A stretch of DNA of 62,048 bases, filler included, from Trichosphaerium sp. ATCC 40318 (GCA_038496445.1; 3 parts of 3 records of this genome joined end to end with filler, not necessarily neighbours in it), one strand, 5' to 3'; positions 1 to 13,973 are shown, counted from the first letter of the whole stretch. Made by a program: numbers and translations. The notes: generated by a model from the sequence alone, not told the origin.

Positions 1-304
1 CATGGCACAGACACGTTTTGAAAAAAAAAACAGACAAATGAATTAAGCGAGAATTTCTATGTAAGAGGTGATGGAACAAGGGCATACTTCTTTTCAACAG
101 GTAACAAACAAGCTAAACATTTTGGATTGGTTTTTGACAGTTTTCCTCTTTTTAGATGAATTAAATACTCTATTCACTTCAAATGGGTTTGAAGTATTAG
201 AATGTGATTACGTTAAGCGTGACGTTGAAAACAAAAAGTTGGAGACAAAAATGCACCGTGTTTGGCTACAAGCTAAATATAAAAAGGCTACTACCAATGA
301 ATGA
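1..304 (+). CDS. 3' end of METTL2/METTL6-like tRNA methyltransferase (partial, one GT-AG intron ~102-155)
   Basis: Upstream of the intron the frame reads FYVRGDGTRAYFFST; the last exon reads ELNTLFTSNGFE...VKRDVENKKLETKMHRVWLQAKY. Both match the METTL2/6 C-terminus as I recall it. Confidence 0.75.
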
Positions 305-446
305 AACGACGACTATTGAGCAAGGGCGTGTAAATAATATAAACTGAATAAGTGAGATTTGATAGACCTTTTTCGCGGTTTTGTGAAATTGTATGAAAAT
401 TCGATAAGTCTTCGTTATTCTTATGTAGTTTTGTTTAAACTGCACC

Positions 447-2801
447 ATGGCCGAAAGGGAGGACGGAGAAGTATCTGATGACGGAGAATCCGTTCAATTA
501 GAGTTACTCGGCATACTAGATGATACACCTACCAAGGCATTGCCCCTCTTTCACCTTTACGTATTTATGGTAGAAATTAGAAGCGTAAACACGAAGGCGA
601 CGATGAACGCGATGCAAAGAAGAGTAAAACAGGCCATGTACCTCTAAAGAAGCGTACACTAGAAAACTACGAAGAGTACTAGCTTCTTGGCCCTTTTTGC
701 GTATTAACGACTCAAAAAAAAGGGGAAAAGAAATAAGCGCTGGTGATCTGCACTCCGACTCTGAGTCTGTATCATTCTCTGAGGAGGAAGACTCGCTAAG
801 CGAATATGATGAAATTACTATGTATAAAGATGACGAAGATAGGCGCCAGTACGCTTAGTTGTCATGTACTGGCGTTTTAAATTTATTTTTTATTAAAGGT
901 TGGAATTACTACCTCAAATGGAGCGCGAAAGTATTCTTTTCGATCGTAGAGAACGTCTAGCGCGAAGAAGAACACTAGCAAAGCTAAGTGACAAAAAAGG
1001 CCGCAAACAGCAATCAAGGACTAGAACAGCTGCAACGCGTAGAAAACGTAATTAAATTGTATCCCAGTTAATATAAATGACATATAAATAGGTGATAAGG
1101 ATCAGAAGCACAAACGGGCTGCTCTGGCAGAAATGGCACTGAAAAGGAACCAAAGCAAATCGCGTCCTGCTCCTGAACTACGTAACTCACCGCCTGAACC
1201 TCAAGAAGACAAAAGCAACGATAGAGACAGAGATAGATCATGGGACAGGTCTTATGAGAGGTCAGATAGACAATATGAAAGGCAATACGATAGACAATAT
1301 GATAGACAATATGAAAGGCGTATAAGTATGAATTCTGACGCTTCTGATGAGTACAACGATAATGGTAATTTTTTTTTCCTTTTGACAATCTCAATTGTAT
1401 TTTTCTTTGTTTGATTGAAGTGTTGTTTGGAGTCTTATAATTTTTGTGTATAGCTGATAGTCAGGGTGGCACCACGTTGAAGGATATTGCGCCTATAGTA
1501 GTTAGTCGTACACAACTCGCAAAGTGGGTTGGTGAGCCATATTGGAAGGATGTTATAACTGGATTGTATGTTAGGATTGGCGTTGGGAGAAGAAATAAAG
1601 ACAGTGTTTACCGTCTTGCTGAGATTCAGGTACGAGAGATTTATTACCTTTCAATTTATTAATACAGCGCATAGGGAGAAAGAACTGTGGATAAACACTA
1701 TCGATTACCAGGAACTGGTAAATCAACAAACGTTGAACTTGAATTGAAAATTGCCAATTCAAGAAAATTCTTCAAGATTCTTTATGTTAGTAATAGCCCG
1801 CTCACTGATGCAGAATTTAATGAATTTCAACTCGAAATGAAAAGAAAGAACCTAGAGAATGAGATTCCAAGTAAATCAAAGATAGAGAGAAGAATGAAAC
1901 AGGTCAAGAAGGCAGAAAACTTTGTCTATACAGATGTACGCTCTTGAACAAAGGGTTTTTTTTTTTCAATTATTATCACGTGCTCACGTGTCTAAAACAA
2001 TTTTAGGATGTTATAAATAGTATGATTAAAGCACATACATCTACACCACAACCAAGAAACTTAGTTCGTGAGAAACAGGTACGCTTTAAACGAGAATCAT
2101 TCTGGAAACTCAAACTGTTCATCTCTAACTTTGTTTTGTGGAAAAGTCATTGGAGTTAAAATTGGGTGTTGCTATGGAAACAAATGATGAAGAAAATATA
2201 CGTATTATACGATCTAAGCTTGCTGAAATCGAAAAATACGATGAAGAGCAACGTCAGAGAGTCAGAGATAAGAATCGCACTTTAAACAAACTGAATAGAC
2301 GTAACAGAGATATAAACTTTGCAAAACTATTCCAAGAACCTACACAAATACGATCATCAAAACCTGGTACGTTGTAACAAATACTTAAGCGAGAAAAATT
2401 AATCAATCGTTTTTATCAACTATTTTTGTCTTAACGGTTTAAACTATTTTTGTGTTTTCTCTAACAGTTTAAAAGGTGAGCTTGATCCCTTTGCAAGACG
2501 TTCTACAAAACCTCAACATTGGATGGCACGGGCAGATCAAGAGGATAAGGATGAGAAGGATGAGGTTGAAGATGAAGTAGAGGCCATCGCTGATTCGCCT
2601 GTTATACGAAAAGTAACTAATAAGTTCGCTGCTGTTAAAGAGAGTATAAGTTTGAATTTATCTTTGGAGGATGCGAACAAGGCAAAATCTTCATCGAAGG
2701 TTTCTCTTTCATTAAAACCTAGAGTACAAACACAGCCATCTAATACTGCGAAAAAGAAGCTCAGCCTTGCTGATTATTTGAAAAAAAAGAAAGGAATGTA
2801 A
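447..2801 (+). CDS. RTF1: RNA polymerase-associated protein RTF1 (Plus3 domain), multi-exon
   Basis: Spliced exons give RQLELLPQMERESILFDR, a Plus3 region (SRTQLAKWVGEPYWKDVITGLYVRIGVG...YRLAEI...VSNSPLTDAEF), LDPFARRSTKP, and C-terminal KKLSLADYLKKKKG. Confidence 0.88.
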
Positions 2802-2874
2802 ATAAAATGAAATAAATAGGTTGTAATAATGGGTATCCAGATAAAGAACAGATAAAGGCTTTTATTTAATCAAG

Positions 2875-3312
2875 TTACGCGACAGTAAGATGTTTTTTAC
2901 CCAAGTCTTCCCACTCATCTCCTGTGTTATCAGTAACGGTTCCTACAATACCGACTTTTAAAGCTACTTTATATACTAACTCATCATGAGCTTTTCGACA
3001 TCCTCCTCTTCCTGATAGAAAGGCTCCAGCATTGTTATTGCTCGTTCCACTTATGTTACACATCCGCGAATGAACAACTTTTGAATCCAGGATAATACAG
3101 TCTTTGTAATCCTCGTACGCCTTTTTCTTTGCTTCGTCTATTGCCCATCCTTCCATTCTTTCCTTGCTTTTATGGTTTACTCCATCGCATACAATTGTTC
3201 CCTGTTTCCTTACAATAATAGCCGTGTAATGTGACATGAGTTGCGTATGTTGTTTAATGTAGAGAATCTGCGAGTTCCTTTGTCTACGGTACCAGAGGAA
3301 CTTGTGTGTCAT
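2875..3312 (-). CDS. hypothetical protein
   Basis: Intronless 145-aa ORF with globular-like composition; no family recognised. Confidence 0.45.
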   Translation of the reverse strand: MTHKFLWYRRQRNSQILYIKQHTQLMSHYTAIIVRKQGTIVCDGVNHKSKERMEGWAIDEAKKKAYEDYKDCIILDSKVVHSRMCNISGTSNNNAGAFLSGRGGCRKAHDELVYKVALKVGIVGTVTDNTGDEWEDLGKKHLTVA

Positions 3313-3790
3313 TCAATGAATTTTCAGCGTTACTTTATTGGCTGTAAGTGGAACTACATACGTATGGTATCATACGATGGACAAAAGTAGTTGAAATATC
3401 AACAACTTTTCATTTACTTTCCGCGGGTTTTAACGGTTCTGAGATTTTTCTGGCTACTCCTTTATGTCTATTAGGCAATCTTTTGTACTTAATTTTACTA
3501 CGCGTTGTGTCTTATTAATAATAAACTAGCACGTGATTGTTTGCAGTCAATCTTCCTACATGTTTTTCTCTAGTTTTCTGCATCAAGTGCATCGCTTGGA
3601 ATATCATTTTTCTATCTGTTGTACGAGGCTTGCGCCAATAAATTTTGCAGGGTTTTAGTAGTGCCGTTAGATTTTATAATGCTGTTTTCTTGACATTGTT
3701 TGACAAGTGGAATTATGTCTTTGTAGACTTCTTTTAATAGCACCATATCACGTAGTTATAACGTGATCTTTTATTGTTAGTTTGGTAGTG

Positions 3791-5074
3791 ATGTCTGGTT
3801 GTTGTTTCGATTTCTTTACATCTTTTCTTTCAAATTCACTAATAGTTGACGGAAATCGCTATACAAAACAAAGGTATGCCTTGTCAATAGTTTTTAGGCT
3901 AATGTATTTTTATTTGTAGAAAGATAGGTGAAGGAGGCTTCGCAGTTGTCCATTTAGTACTATCAGAGGCTGATAATAGATTATATGCCGCCAAAGTGTG
4001 CCTGATTCATGATGAAGAGCAAAAAAAGGTAACGTAGCAGTTACTGGGTAAATTCTCCACGTTAACACCCACAAGCAAGCAATGAAGGAAATTAAAGTAT
4101 TAGAAAAAATACAGCACAAGAATATTCTACGCATGGTGGGATACTCTGTTTCTCTACAGTACGCCGTTAGAAGTATTTCTCTAGTGACGTTTCATTAGTC
4201 CATCAATCCCAGAAAGTGAACAGATAATAATCATCACAGAATATCACGAAAGAGTATTACAAAGCGTAATAGACAAGAAATTTGCTCAATCGGCAACAAT
4301 GTCAGAAGTACTCATTTTAAGATTATTCAAAGGCATTTGTGATGGTTTAGCAGCAATGCACAAAGCCGGATACGCGCACAGAGACATAAAACCGGACAGT
4401 ATCCCAACAAGTCAATCCACCTTAAATTTTTTCTCACAATCGTTGTTCTTCTTCACTTTCTTATACGTTTTAATGTCAACTGAAGGCGAAGCTATTCTTA
4501 TTGATTTTGGGTCAGCATGTAAAGCGCAAGTACGTAGTTGTCTAGAATATCGTGATTACGCCTCTTGTTAACTGTGTATTAAAACAAACAGGTGACAGTA
4601 AACTTGACAGGAAAAGAGAGGATGAGATTTTTAGAACAAGCCGTTGAACTAACAACACCATCATATCGCGCACCTGAGGTACTACAGTTATTAGTATTAA
4701 AACATTAATCTCGTGTAAACTAATGTGATGATTAGCTTTTTGATGTTGGGTTGGTTATTAATGATGATGATATGGCAGCAACATCAAGCGATGAGTTACA
4801 AGTCAATCTACAAAAAGCTGATATTTGGGCCTTGGGTTGTATGTTGTATGCTATGGCGTTTTTAGAGAACCCATTTGATGATGCTGTTAAACGAGGAGGT
4901 ACAGTTCAAATGGCTGTAGTTAATGGACGATATCCTATACCTGAAGATCATGGTTATAGTAAAGGATTTATGGAATTGATTGCGTTCATGCTTAACACTG
5001 ATTATAACCAAAGACCTTTGATATCTGATGTTATGAAGCGTGTACATAGTGTGGCAGAGGCACTGAGCGAATGA
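3791..5074 (+). CDS. Ser/Thr protein kinase, STK16/NAK-like, multi-exon
   Basis: Spliced motifs: IGEGGFAVV, YAAK, HRDIKPD(N)VL, DFGS, TPSYRAPE, DIWALGC, RP. Short N-terminus starting MSGCC. Confidence 0.85.
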
Positions 5075-5276
5075 TAACGTTGGTTGCGATGTTTGAAGGC
5101 TGTCAATAAAGCAAATTTTTCTCGATTCTTGAAGGCTCAAAGGTCGGCTGCTGAAAGAAATGTGTTGTCTCAAAGGGCGTAGATGGTGCTTGAGTAATTT
5201 TTTACGCATAGCAAAAGTATTTACTGCGTTTCAGACACTTGTTGTGGTACAGAGTATTGATTCAGTGTTTTTCCGT

Positions 5277-5659
5277 TTATTCTTCCGCTTTTGCGTCAAT
5301 GGTGATGCCATGGAGTTTTGTGAGTTCCTCTTTGAGTGCTTTGTTGACTTCACGGTGCATTTGTACTGTAGCCGTTATTATTATTGCATTATACTATTCT
5401 ACGCACCCATAGTCTTTCCTTTGAATTTTGGGCTTGTTATTTCGATCTTAAAGAAGTTGTTGGTTGCCGACATGCTTTGGACTGTTAAAGTCTTACAAGG
5501 GCCAAATGAAGCCTTAAGCTTATCTGCGACGCTCTCAGGAGTAGTCAAACCTGTATCTGAGCATGACACATCAAAGGTTCGTTTAGTTGTGTGGTAGCGA
5601 GATACCGGGCGTCGTACGGTTTGTACGCGAACTCTTGATGTGGCAAACGTGCGCAACAT
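5277..5659 (-). CDS. BolA-family protein with probable mitochondrial presequence (2 exons)
   Basis: FKIEITSPKFKGKTM|VQMHREVNKALKEELTKLHGITI is a BolA signature; the N-terminus is R/S/T-rich. Confidence 0.8.
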
Positions 5660-6695
5660 TTTTAACTGTGTTGACTTGGAAGGAATTTATGCAAAGTTGG
5701 GCTTGCGTTCATGTAAGTCCTTTTATTTATTTATTCTGGTTTTGTTCTGTGTTTTCAACTGGTAACGTTAGCGTATATGTAGCCTAAACTAGTGGCTCAG
5801 GACTGAATACGCAAGTGGATTGCAGCACCAACCCATGTTGTCAAAAACATAGTTCTTGGATTACAGTATTATTCCTCTAGCTTCTGTAATGGCAATAATA
5901 ATGTTAACTACGACGGTTCCTGCTCCAAATCGACCACATATGCTTGCTAACAGGTGGACTGTTGCTTTAAGGCAGTGTTAATATGTACATTGGCAAGGAT
6001 CTTCCTAAGCCAAAAAAGAAAATATAAAAGATCCAGGCCCGTAGGCGTAGTAGTGCTACCATACACAATTCGAGAGGCGTATTCCTCTCGCTGGGATTCG
6101 AACCAAGAAGAAATGTCATGTTACTGCTGGATCTGAAATAAATAGTGGTGCAGATTGTTAAAAAACACGAGCAAAACAAAAGGGAAAAAAAAAGTGGTTA
6201 TGATAACATAGCATATTAATGCTTCACAAAAACTTTCGAGCCTCTATTCGTTTACTAAAAAAGTAACCTATTCACGCTAACAGGATGTTCATTGAAATAC
6301 ACAAAGTTGCAAAAATACAGTACTAATTCGCGAATAAAACTACGAAAATTACAGGAATTTTAGTTGCCTGTCACATTTTTTGTGGCAACCCAAGGTGGTA
6401 AAACGATATATCATAAGTTTGGTTCTGTTAGTGTGCGAATGAAACGTGTACATGAAAGAGATACGCCAATCCCAGTGTACGGGAGAAATAGGTGGGTCCA
6501 TAGGATATTAATAGCTTCATAAAATTTAAAGATGCCATCACCTGTAAGTGATAAAGTCAATACGTGGTCAAATTCCCTTACCAATAACGATAAAAGCGTG
6601 CCCGTGGTGACCGTACCTATGTCTGATGCTACTGAAACGTAAAACCTAATTGAAATAACATTAGTTAATTGGTCAGCTAATCTTAGCCTAGAGAT

Positions 6696-7589
6696 ATGCA
6701 AAACATCCTATATTTACCAAATGAAATACTGGCTCATGTTTTAACACAAATACAAACTTCTAGATTTGCAGCAGCTCAAAGTTGTTCTACCTTCGCATCA
6801 CTCATTCACAACGTAGTTGGGTACACGCACATTATAATATCAAACGTTAAAACAGCGAAAACAATCAGCAAATATCCAGGAATACTTAAACAAACAAGAG
6901 TTAAGGTGAAAGCCACACGTGCAGAATATCTGTGGGGCAATAATTTAGAAACAAATGAAAGTGTTAATGCGCTTGCAGGTGTCCGTACTATTGACCTTAG
7001 CTATACCAACGTGACAGATGAAGGTGTAAAAGCACTTTCAGGCGTTCATTGTATAAATCTTCGTAGAACAAAAGTATCAGATATGGGATTAAAAACTTTG
7101 GTAGGTGTACATACTATTGATCTTAGATATTGTCGCCATGTGACTGATGAAGGAATCAAATTTCTGGCTGGTGTTCATACTATTGACCTTGATAGTACTC
7201 AAGTAACAGATAAAGGTGTTAAAGAACTTGCAGGCGTTCACTCCATTAATCTTTGTAAAACAAGTGTAACAGATGAAGGCATTAAAGTACTGGGAGGTGT
7301 GCATACTGTTGATCTCTCTTATACAAAAGTAACAGACGAAGGTTTAAAATCACTGGCAGGTGTTTATACCATTGATCTTTGTTCCACTTTAGTTACTGAC
7401 AAAGGCATTAAAGCTCTTTCAGGCGTGTATAAAATTTTTCTTATATGCACAAGAGTTACAGATGAGGGTATCAAGGCACTAATGGGGTCTCATACCATTG
7501 ATCTACGGCAAACAAGAACAACGGTTGAAGGTATTAACGTGCTGAAAGGTTCTAGAGTTTATCATGGCTTTTCTATTTATGAATTTTAA
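6696..7589 (+). CDS. F-box + leucine-rich-repeat protein
   Basis: N-terminal LPNEILAHVL F-box-like motif followed by ~21-22-aa repeats LAGVHTIDLxxTxVTDEGIKA. Confidence 0.85.
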   Translation: MQNILYLPNEILAHVLTQIQTSRFAAAQSCSTFASLIHNVVGYTHIIISNVKTAKTISKYPGILKQTRVKVKATRAEYLWGNNLETNESVNALAGVRTIDLSYTNVTDEGVKALSGVHCINLRRTKVSDMGLKTLVGVHTIDLRYCRHVTDEGIKFLAGVHTIDLDSTQVTDKGVKELAGVHSINLCKTSVTDEGIKVLGGVHTVDLSYTKVTDEGLKSLAGVYTIDLCSTLVTDKGIKALSGVYKIFLICTRVTDEGIKALMGSHTIDLRQTRTTVEGINVLKGSRVYHGFSIYEF

Positions 7590-8899
7590 CAGCAATGCAC
7601 ACTTTACATCTACGACAATATGAATAACTCATCTTACCTACAGAACATTGTATATTCTGTATGAGTAGGATTTCGACTTAACACAAAGCAATCGGGTTGA
7701 GCTGAAGTAAAACAAAATATCCCTTGCGATACAAGCCCATGCTACATTGTAACTCCAATAAACGTTGCTAGTTTACTTGTAAAAAGTTGTCAAAGTCATA
7801 GTGTTCATTACTCAAAAACTTACGATTGAAATCTAACTTCATTCTAGAACTGAATAAATATAGTTTGTTTGCACCACACAATCCAAGCAGGTAATCGGGA
7901 TTTTGTTTCAAAAGGCTGAAGTCAAAGATGTTCTCAGTTTAACAGGAATCATGATTGATTGATAGAGCGTGATAAGTTACATATTTTTACTTAACCTTCA
8001 ACTGTTGCAACACCTCTTGAAACCTCCAACAACACAAATATACGCACATGGAACCTTCAACTGAGAAAAAGGTACGTCAAATAACTCTTCAACCTTTTCA
8101 CCTTTGGTTTTGTTCTAATCAAACGATAAATAGGTTAAACCCACTTACGAAACATACGTGGAAGAGGAGAAGCATCCAATACGACTTCCAGCAGTTTTGC
8201 AACGAAAAATTATCAAAATGGAACCAGATCTTTATTTAAAATGGCCTCTGATTTCTAAAACCGCGGCGATGGCGACCAGATTCGATGCTAACTTCAGGAA
8301 ACACGGAGAGTGGGACCGACATAGAATTTTGCTCGTGATTGATAACACAATCGTAAAAACGGAAATTGTAAAAGAGCAATATTGGACACATGGCATACTA
8401 TACACCCCCCAACCAGAATGCCGTAAGTTACTTGAACTTCCTGGCGAACTGCAACTAGCTATCGCCGATGTAGACTACGAGATTAATATAAAATGGGCGC
8501 TCTTGTCAAAAGAGGCAGCGATGAACACGAGGTTTGATAGTGACCTGAGGACACGCGGTAAATGGAAACGCTACCTCCTTTGTAACTACGATAAACACAC
8601 TTTAAAGTAAAACCATACTTTTTAAAAGTAAAACCATACTTTTTATATGTGTAAACCACACATAATTTAGTGGGCATTCACATATTGAAAGAGCAAAATA
8701 CACAATTTCAAGCTTATGAAAAAGTGTATCATTGTTTTATATGTTGTGTTGAAAATACTTTTACAAGTTCTCTTTGTAAAATGTACAATATTGTGAGCTT
8801 TATAATTAAAGGTTGCCTATTAATGATCAAAACATGCACTTGTTTTTGTTGGAAAAGTGATGTCATACACTTATTTGTTGGAGGAGTGATGTATTATAA

Positions 8900-10560
8900 C
8901 TAAAAGCTCATTTAAACATCATCTCCAAAAAACAGAAAACAAATCTTGATTATAAAAAGTATTTCATTATTGTGAGACATGTCAACCACTTATTACAACA
9001 AATAAAATCTCATTTAACTGCCAACATATTGGAGATTATTGTAGCTTGATGACATTGAAATCTGTCGTTGTTATAATGTGTCATACATGTTTATATAAAA
9101 AAATCACTTTTTTTCCAACCACAAAAAAGAACATGTCCTGTCATCAATTTTATTGGGTATTACATTTCATACTCTTTTTTAAACAAAGCTTTCAAACCAG
9201 CAAATGCATCAACATTTTCTGCAAGTTCTTCTTCAATTTCTTCATCTACAAGATCAATAATATCTGCTTGTGATGGTTTCTATAACATGTTATTATACTA
9301 TTATCTTGAAACTACATACCAAAAGTTGTTTTACTAGTTGTTCTAAAACAATTAGCCTTTCAGATAAATCATCATTTTGTTCTTCCAATGTAGGTATTCT
9401 AGCACATTGTGTGGCCATTTTTTGGATTAAAGGCACAATTGTCTTCAATTCTCTTACTATCATACCTTTGCTGGTGGCAGCATTTTTAGATTGCTTTGCA
9501 ATTTCTTGTAACACAGCTAAAACTTGTGCATTGTTATTCAAGTCACTCTAATAAACAAATGTTAATCAATTTAGTTGTCACAATATATATGATGTACGCC
9601 AGTTCGTTGTTTTTTATGTGGAGGCTGCATATCGGCATCCTATCAATTAACATTAGTAAACTAATAACATCTATAAATTTATACCTTGTCCACAAGCATG
9701 TTATGAACTTGACTTCCTACTCTTTTAACACCTCGAATAGGTGGAACGACAGGAGTAGTGTGTATACCCAACACATCCAAGTTGCCATTCTTAGTTTGTA
9801 ACACAACATGTGTTTGTTGTCCTTTTTTGTAGATATATAATACCTTTCCAGAAGCAGCAGTCTTGGTGTATGTTACCCAAGTTCCTCTTTCTATACTATT
9901 GCCTTTAGGTAAACAAACTGCAGCAGCAACAAATTCATATTGCTGAACAAGTTCTTCAGAATCAGGAACAGTGCCAAAATAATGAGTATTATTGGTAGAC
10001 ATGTTAACACAATACACATACTTCTATATATAAATTAAACTCATTTTGTGGATACACAAATGTACCTTAGCTAGTATAGAAAATTGCACAAATACTTCTT
10101 TTTTACCTTTGAAACCATGGGTGTTAATATTCAACATTTGCAATGTGGCTTTGGAAACTGAAATCTCAGCCTTTTTATCAAAGGTTATTTGATTAAAAGT
10201 ATTTCTAGTGTTTGTTTGCTTCATAATGTGTAAGTACTCAAATGTTGTACAATAAGTACCTTTACAATTAACTTGCTTATGTCCAAACACAGAGATCTCA
10301 AATGAGGTTGTTTTGCACCAACATCTATGACAAAGGTGGCAACATCTTCCAACCAGAACTTGGTATGAATAGGTGCATCTTGCATATAATGCATCAATGT
10401 TTCTAGTTCTTCTGCAGTTCTATTTTCACAGTTTAACACACCACCACTTTGTTTGCAAAATGAGGAAATAATTGGTTCTTCACTTTCTGGTTCAGACTGT
10501 GGAGAAAGTATATCTGTAATAAATATTAGTACAACAACAGACACGACAGTATCAAAGGTA
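8900..10560 (-). CDS. Spliced accessory gene of unknown function inside the transposon (boundaries approximate)
   Basis: Successive minus-strand ORF segments (10221-10544, 9679-10017, 9293-9541 coiled-coil-like, acidic segment ~9170-9270) separated by short GT-AG-like gaps. Confidence 0.5.
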
Positions 10561-11149
10561 CGCTGGAAAAAAAAAGCTTATTAAAACGCCGGCATTGGTT
10601 AGATCCGCGTACCGAAACGGCAGCGTCATAACTTACCAACCAATGTCTAAAAACAAAAACCACTGCTTGTAAGATACAAACAGTGAAGCATTGGCTTGGT
10701 CTGGCGGTGCGGTTTTGAAAAATCGTTTACGCGTAAATTGTTTTGTTTTTACGAATCACAGCGTTAATAGGTGCGTTGGGTGACGGTACAAGCGCCGTAT
10801 CGATCGAAGCAACGTTTTGGTGGTTTAACAAAAAAAAAAAAGATTTTGTTAAAAACACTGGAATACAGCGTGTAGTGTTGACGCTGTACCACGTCGTCTA
10901 TTTAAGGTACGTGCTTAAAAATTTGGGAAAATATGGCATATATAGCGTTTTTACGCTCGCCGAAACGCTGGCGCATTTAAACATACCGTTCATGATTTAT
11001 TGATGCGTCTATGCTCTTTGTTTCAATTTTGAGTATTTTTACTTCTATTGACTACCTAATTAGGACGCCCTTTTTTTTTCCTCAAAAATGTATATATTAT
11101 CAAAGGTACACTGCAGATTGATAGAATGTGTAACTGGTTTATATATCAC

Positions 11150-11570
11150 ATAATACTTATACCTATATACGGTTACTGATATGGAACTTCACTTGTGATT
11201 ACCAACATAATTCACATACAACATCTATATATTGACAATAACATATATAAGTCACATGTGGCTATTGATATATAACACACATGTGGTTACTAATATATAT
11301 GTACTTCACATGTGATTTCTATATATTGTCAAGACATGTGGTATATATATATTGGTAAGATATGTGGTTTATATATTATATCACATGTGTTTTTGATATT
11401 GTCATATGCCTACCAATGCATATACCACATGTAATTTCTATATATAGATAATAACAAGTGGTATGTATATGTTGGTAAGTCATATGTGAGTTATGTAGTG
11501 TAATCACCTGTGGTTTACAATTAGTATTTTTGTATTGTACTTTGATTGTCGCTATTTCATGTTGACACAT
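11150..11570. repeat. Degenerate tandem array built on CACATGTG-like palindromes
   Basis: Recurrent tcacatgtgg / acacatgtgg / tcacatgtga / tcatatgtga motifs in AT-rich spacing of roughly 25-30 bp. Confidence 0.6.
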
Positions 11571-11579
11571 ATTTATTAG

Positions 11580-13973
11580 GATAGTACAAAATATTCTCAA
11601 GCTGGTATTATAACTGCATATGCTACATTGTCATGTCGATGTAATTGCAAACAGTATTTTTCTACACAACATGTGTCTATTGCCAGAAAATCATATTTAC
11701 TTCAAAATGAATATGCTAGAACTATTTTTTTGAAAAACTTATTGATGGGAATGGTGCCATTACCAAACAAACAACATATGCAATATAAATTCAGGTATTG
11801 TATTATATTGACAATTACTAACATGACTTTAAAGAGGAAGATCAGTGTGTAGAATTGCTTTTCAAACAATTTATGGAATTTCTAAACATAAACTGGAAAA
11901 AGCTATTTACTTGGCTATTAACAATGAATTTCCTGCACCTCATGGTAATATAGGAAATAAGACAGCAAAAAAAACCAACAAATGCATTGCTTGGATAAAC
12001 AGATATATACTTTATGCAGATTATTTGCCCAATCAAGATATTGTACTTGTTATTCAAGAACAACATAAGATTAACTTTTTGTAGATTTTGTTAAAACACC
12101 ATGAAACCAAAGAAAGCTTGTATAAACAATTTGTTGAAGAACAAGGAAGTGTGGCATCATTTGCTACTTTTAACAACACCTTATTTACACACTTTTCAAA
12201 TGTCAAATTTGGATACAGAACTAAGTACCATATTAATGTAAAATATGGCATTTAATATATACATAGGCTATGTCATTGTGACACATGTGAATATTTGCAA
12301 CAATTGATCAAATGGTCTACCACAAAAGAACAAAGCACTATATTTTTAAACGAGTACAAAGACCACATGCGTTTGCATAAAGGAGAAAGAATAGAATATC
12401 AAAAGCGTAAATTGGTTGCTAGAACATCTGATGAATTGATGAGCATTGCAATGGATGGAACAGATGGAATACAATTACCACATTTTGCCAGATCTCCAAA
12501 AAAATTTAGTAGAATTCCAAAGTTTGATATACATTCTATGGGTATCTGTTGTTATATGGTAACAAATTATTAATTTTTTTAGGGTTTAATAATCATGGAT
12601 TGCATTTAAAAAACTTATTGATATGTTATGAATCACAATATACCAAAGATGCAAATTTTTCTGTGTCAACTTTATTGTGGCACTTAAAATTAAGCATTGA
12701 ACAATATCACTCCCAAAAACAACAACATCCTCCAATTTTAGCAATCACTGTATGGTTTTAAAATATTTTGTTGCTAAGCACATTATTAGGCAGACAATTG
12801 TAGTAGAGAGGTAAAAAACCAATGGATGGTATATACATTAGCTTGGTTGATTACAAAAAATATTTTCAAAGAAGTGCATATATATTTTCTACTACAAGTG
12901 TGTCTTTGAACATTGTGCTGTTTTTAATTGTTTTAGGGACACACACATACTGACATTGATCAATTTTTTGGTTGTTTAAAAAAAAAATTAAGAAGTGTAG
13001 ATGTATTGTGGCCAAAACAATTGCAACAAACTGTGCATTCTATGAAAGACAAACCAATTGTTCAAAGTTTTTCCAATATATGGAATATAAAAACTTGGAT
13101 GGCTGATTATGTTGGTTCTATGAAAGGACATAAATTACCTCATGCTTACAAAATATTTAAAAAACTTGATGGCAAAGTATATTTAGCATGTAAAAATTTT
13201 GCACAAGCTGCTGAACCATGGGAAGTATGTACTAAACCATTATAATTCAAAAATAACTTGTTTTTACTTAGACAACACAAAGACCTGCAGAATTAGTTTT
13301 CAAAAAAGCTATACCAACTACTGTTCCTAACATCATTAAGCCTAAAGCAATATCAGATGTAAAAATTGACAACATTAGATGGTTTTTACCATATATACAC
13401 CAAACAGAAGTGAAAAAATATTGGCAATGTTTAGAACAAAATTTTGGCAAACCAGCAAATTCTACATATGACATGTTGTCTTGGGTAAACAATGAGGATT
13501 ATCAATATCGATATTGCAATTTAACAGGTAAAACCACTAAAATATTCTCATTTATTGTTTTTAGAGAATAACGATTTATACACTACAAATCGAATAACTA
13601 TAAGTACTCCAAAAAAAAGACGTAAATCTTGGCTTCCTAAAGAAAGGAAAAAAAGACGTGTTTCTGTTGCACAAAGTTTGCCAAATGTAGATGTGTTAAA
13701 GATTAATGGCAAAACAATAAAAGTGTTTTGGACTGAAGAAGATTCAGATAAAGGTATAATCTTATCAATGTTTTGGCTAAAGTGTTCATAGATAGTGTTG
13801 GATGGTATAGTGGCATTGTTGAATGTTTTTCAGTAGAATTCAACCAATGGGAAATTAACTATGATGATTTTGCAGATGATAACATTTATGAAGATTTGTT
13901 AACAGTACAATGGCTACCAGTAAATTGGACTTTAAGTGCACTTCAGCAAAAAACTTTACAATACAATCAATAA
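11580..13973 (+). CDS. Sola-like transposase (spliced) with C-terminal Tudor-like domain; start approximate
   Basis: CxCxCxQ N-terminus, PHGN motif, CDTC, and acidic catalytic motifs MDGTD (~12451), ADNCSREVKN (~12790) and GHTHTDIDQFF (~12937). C-terminus GKTIKVFW...WYSGIV...WEINYDD. Confidence 0.8.
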
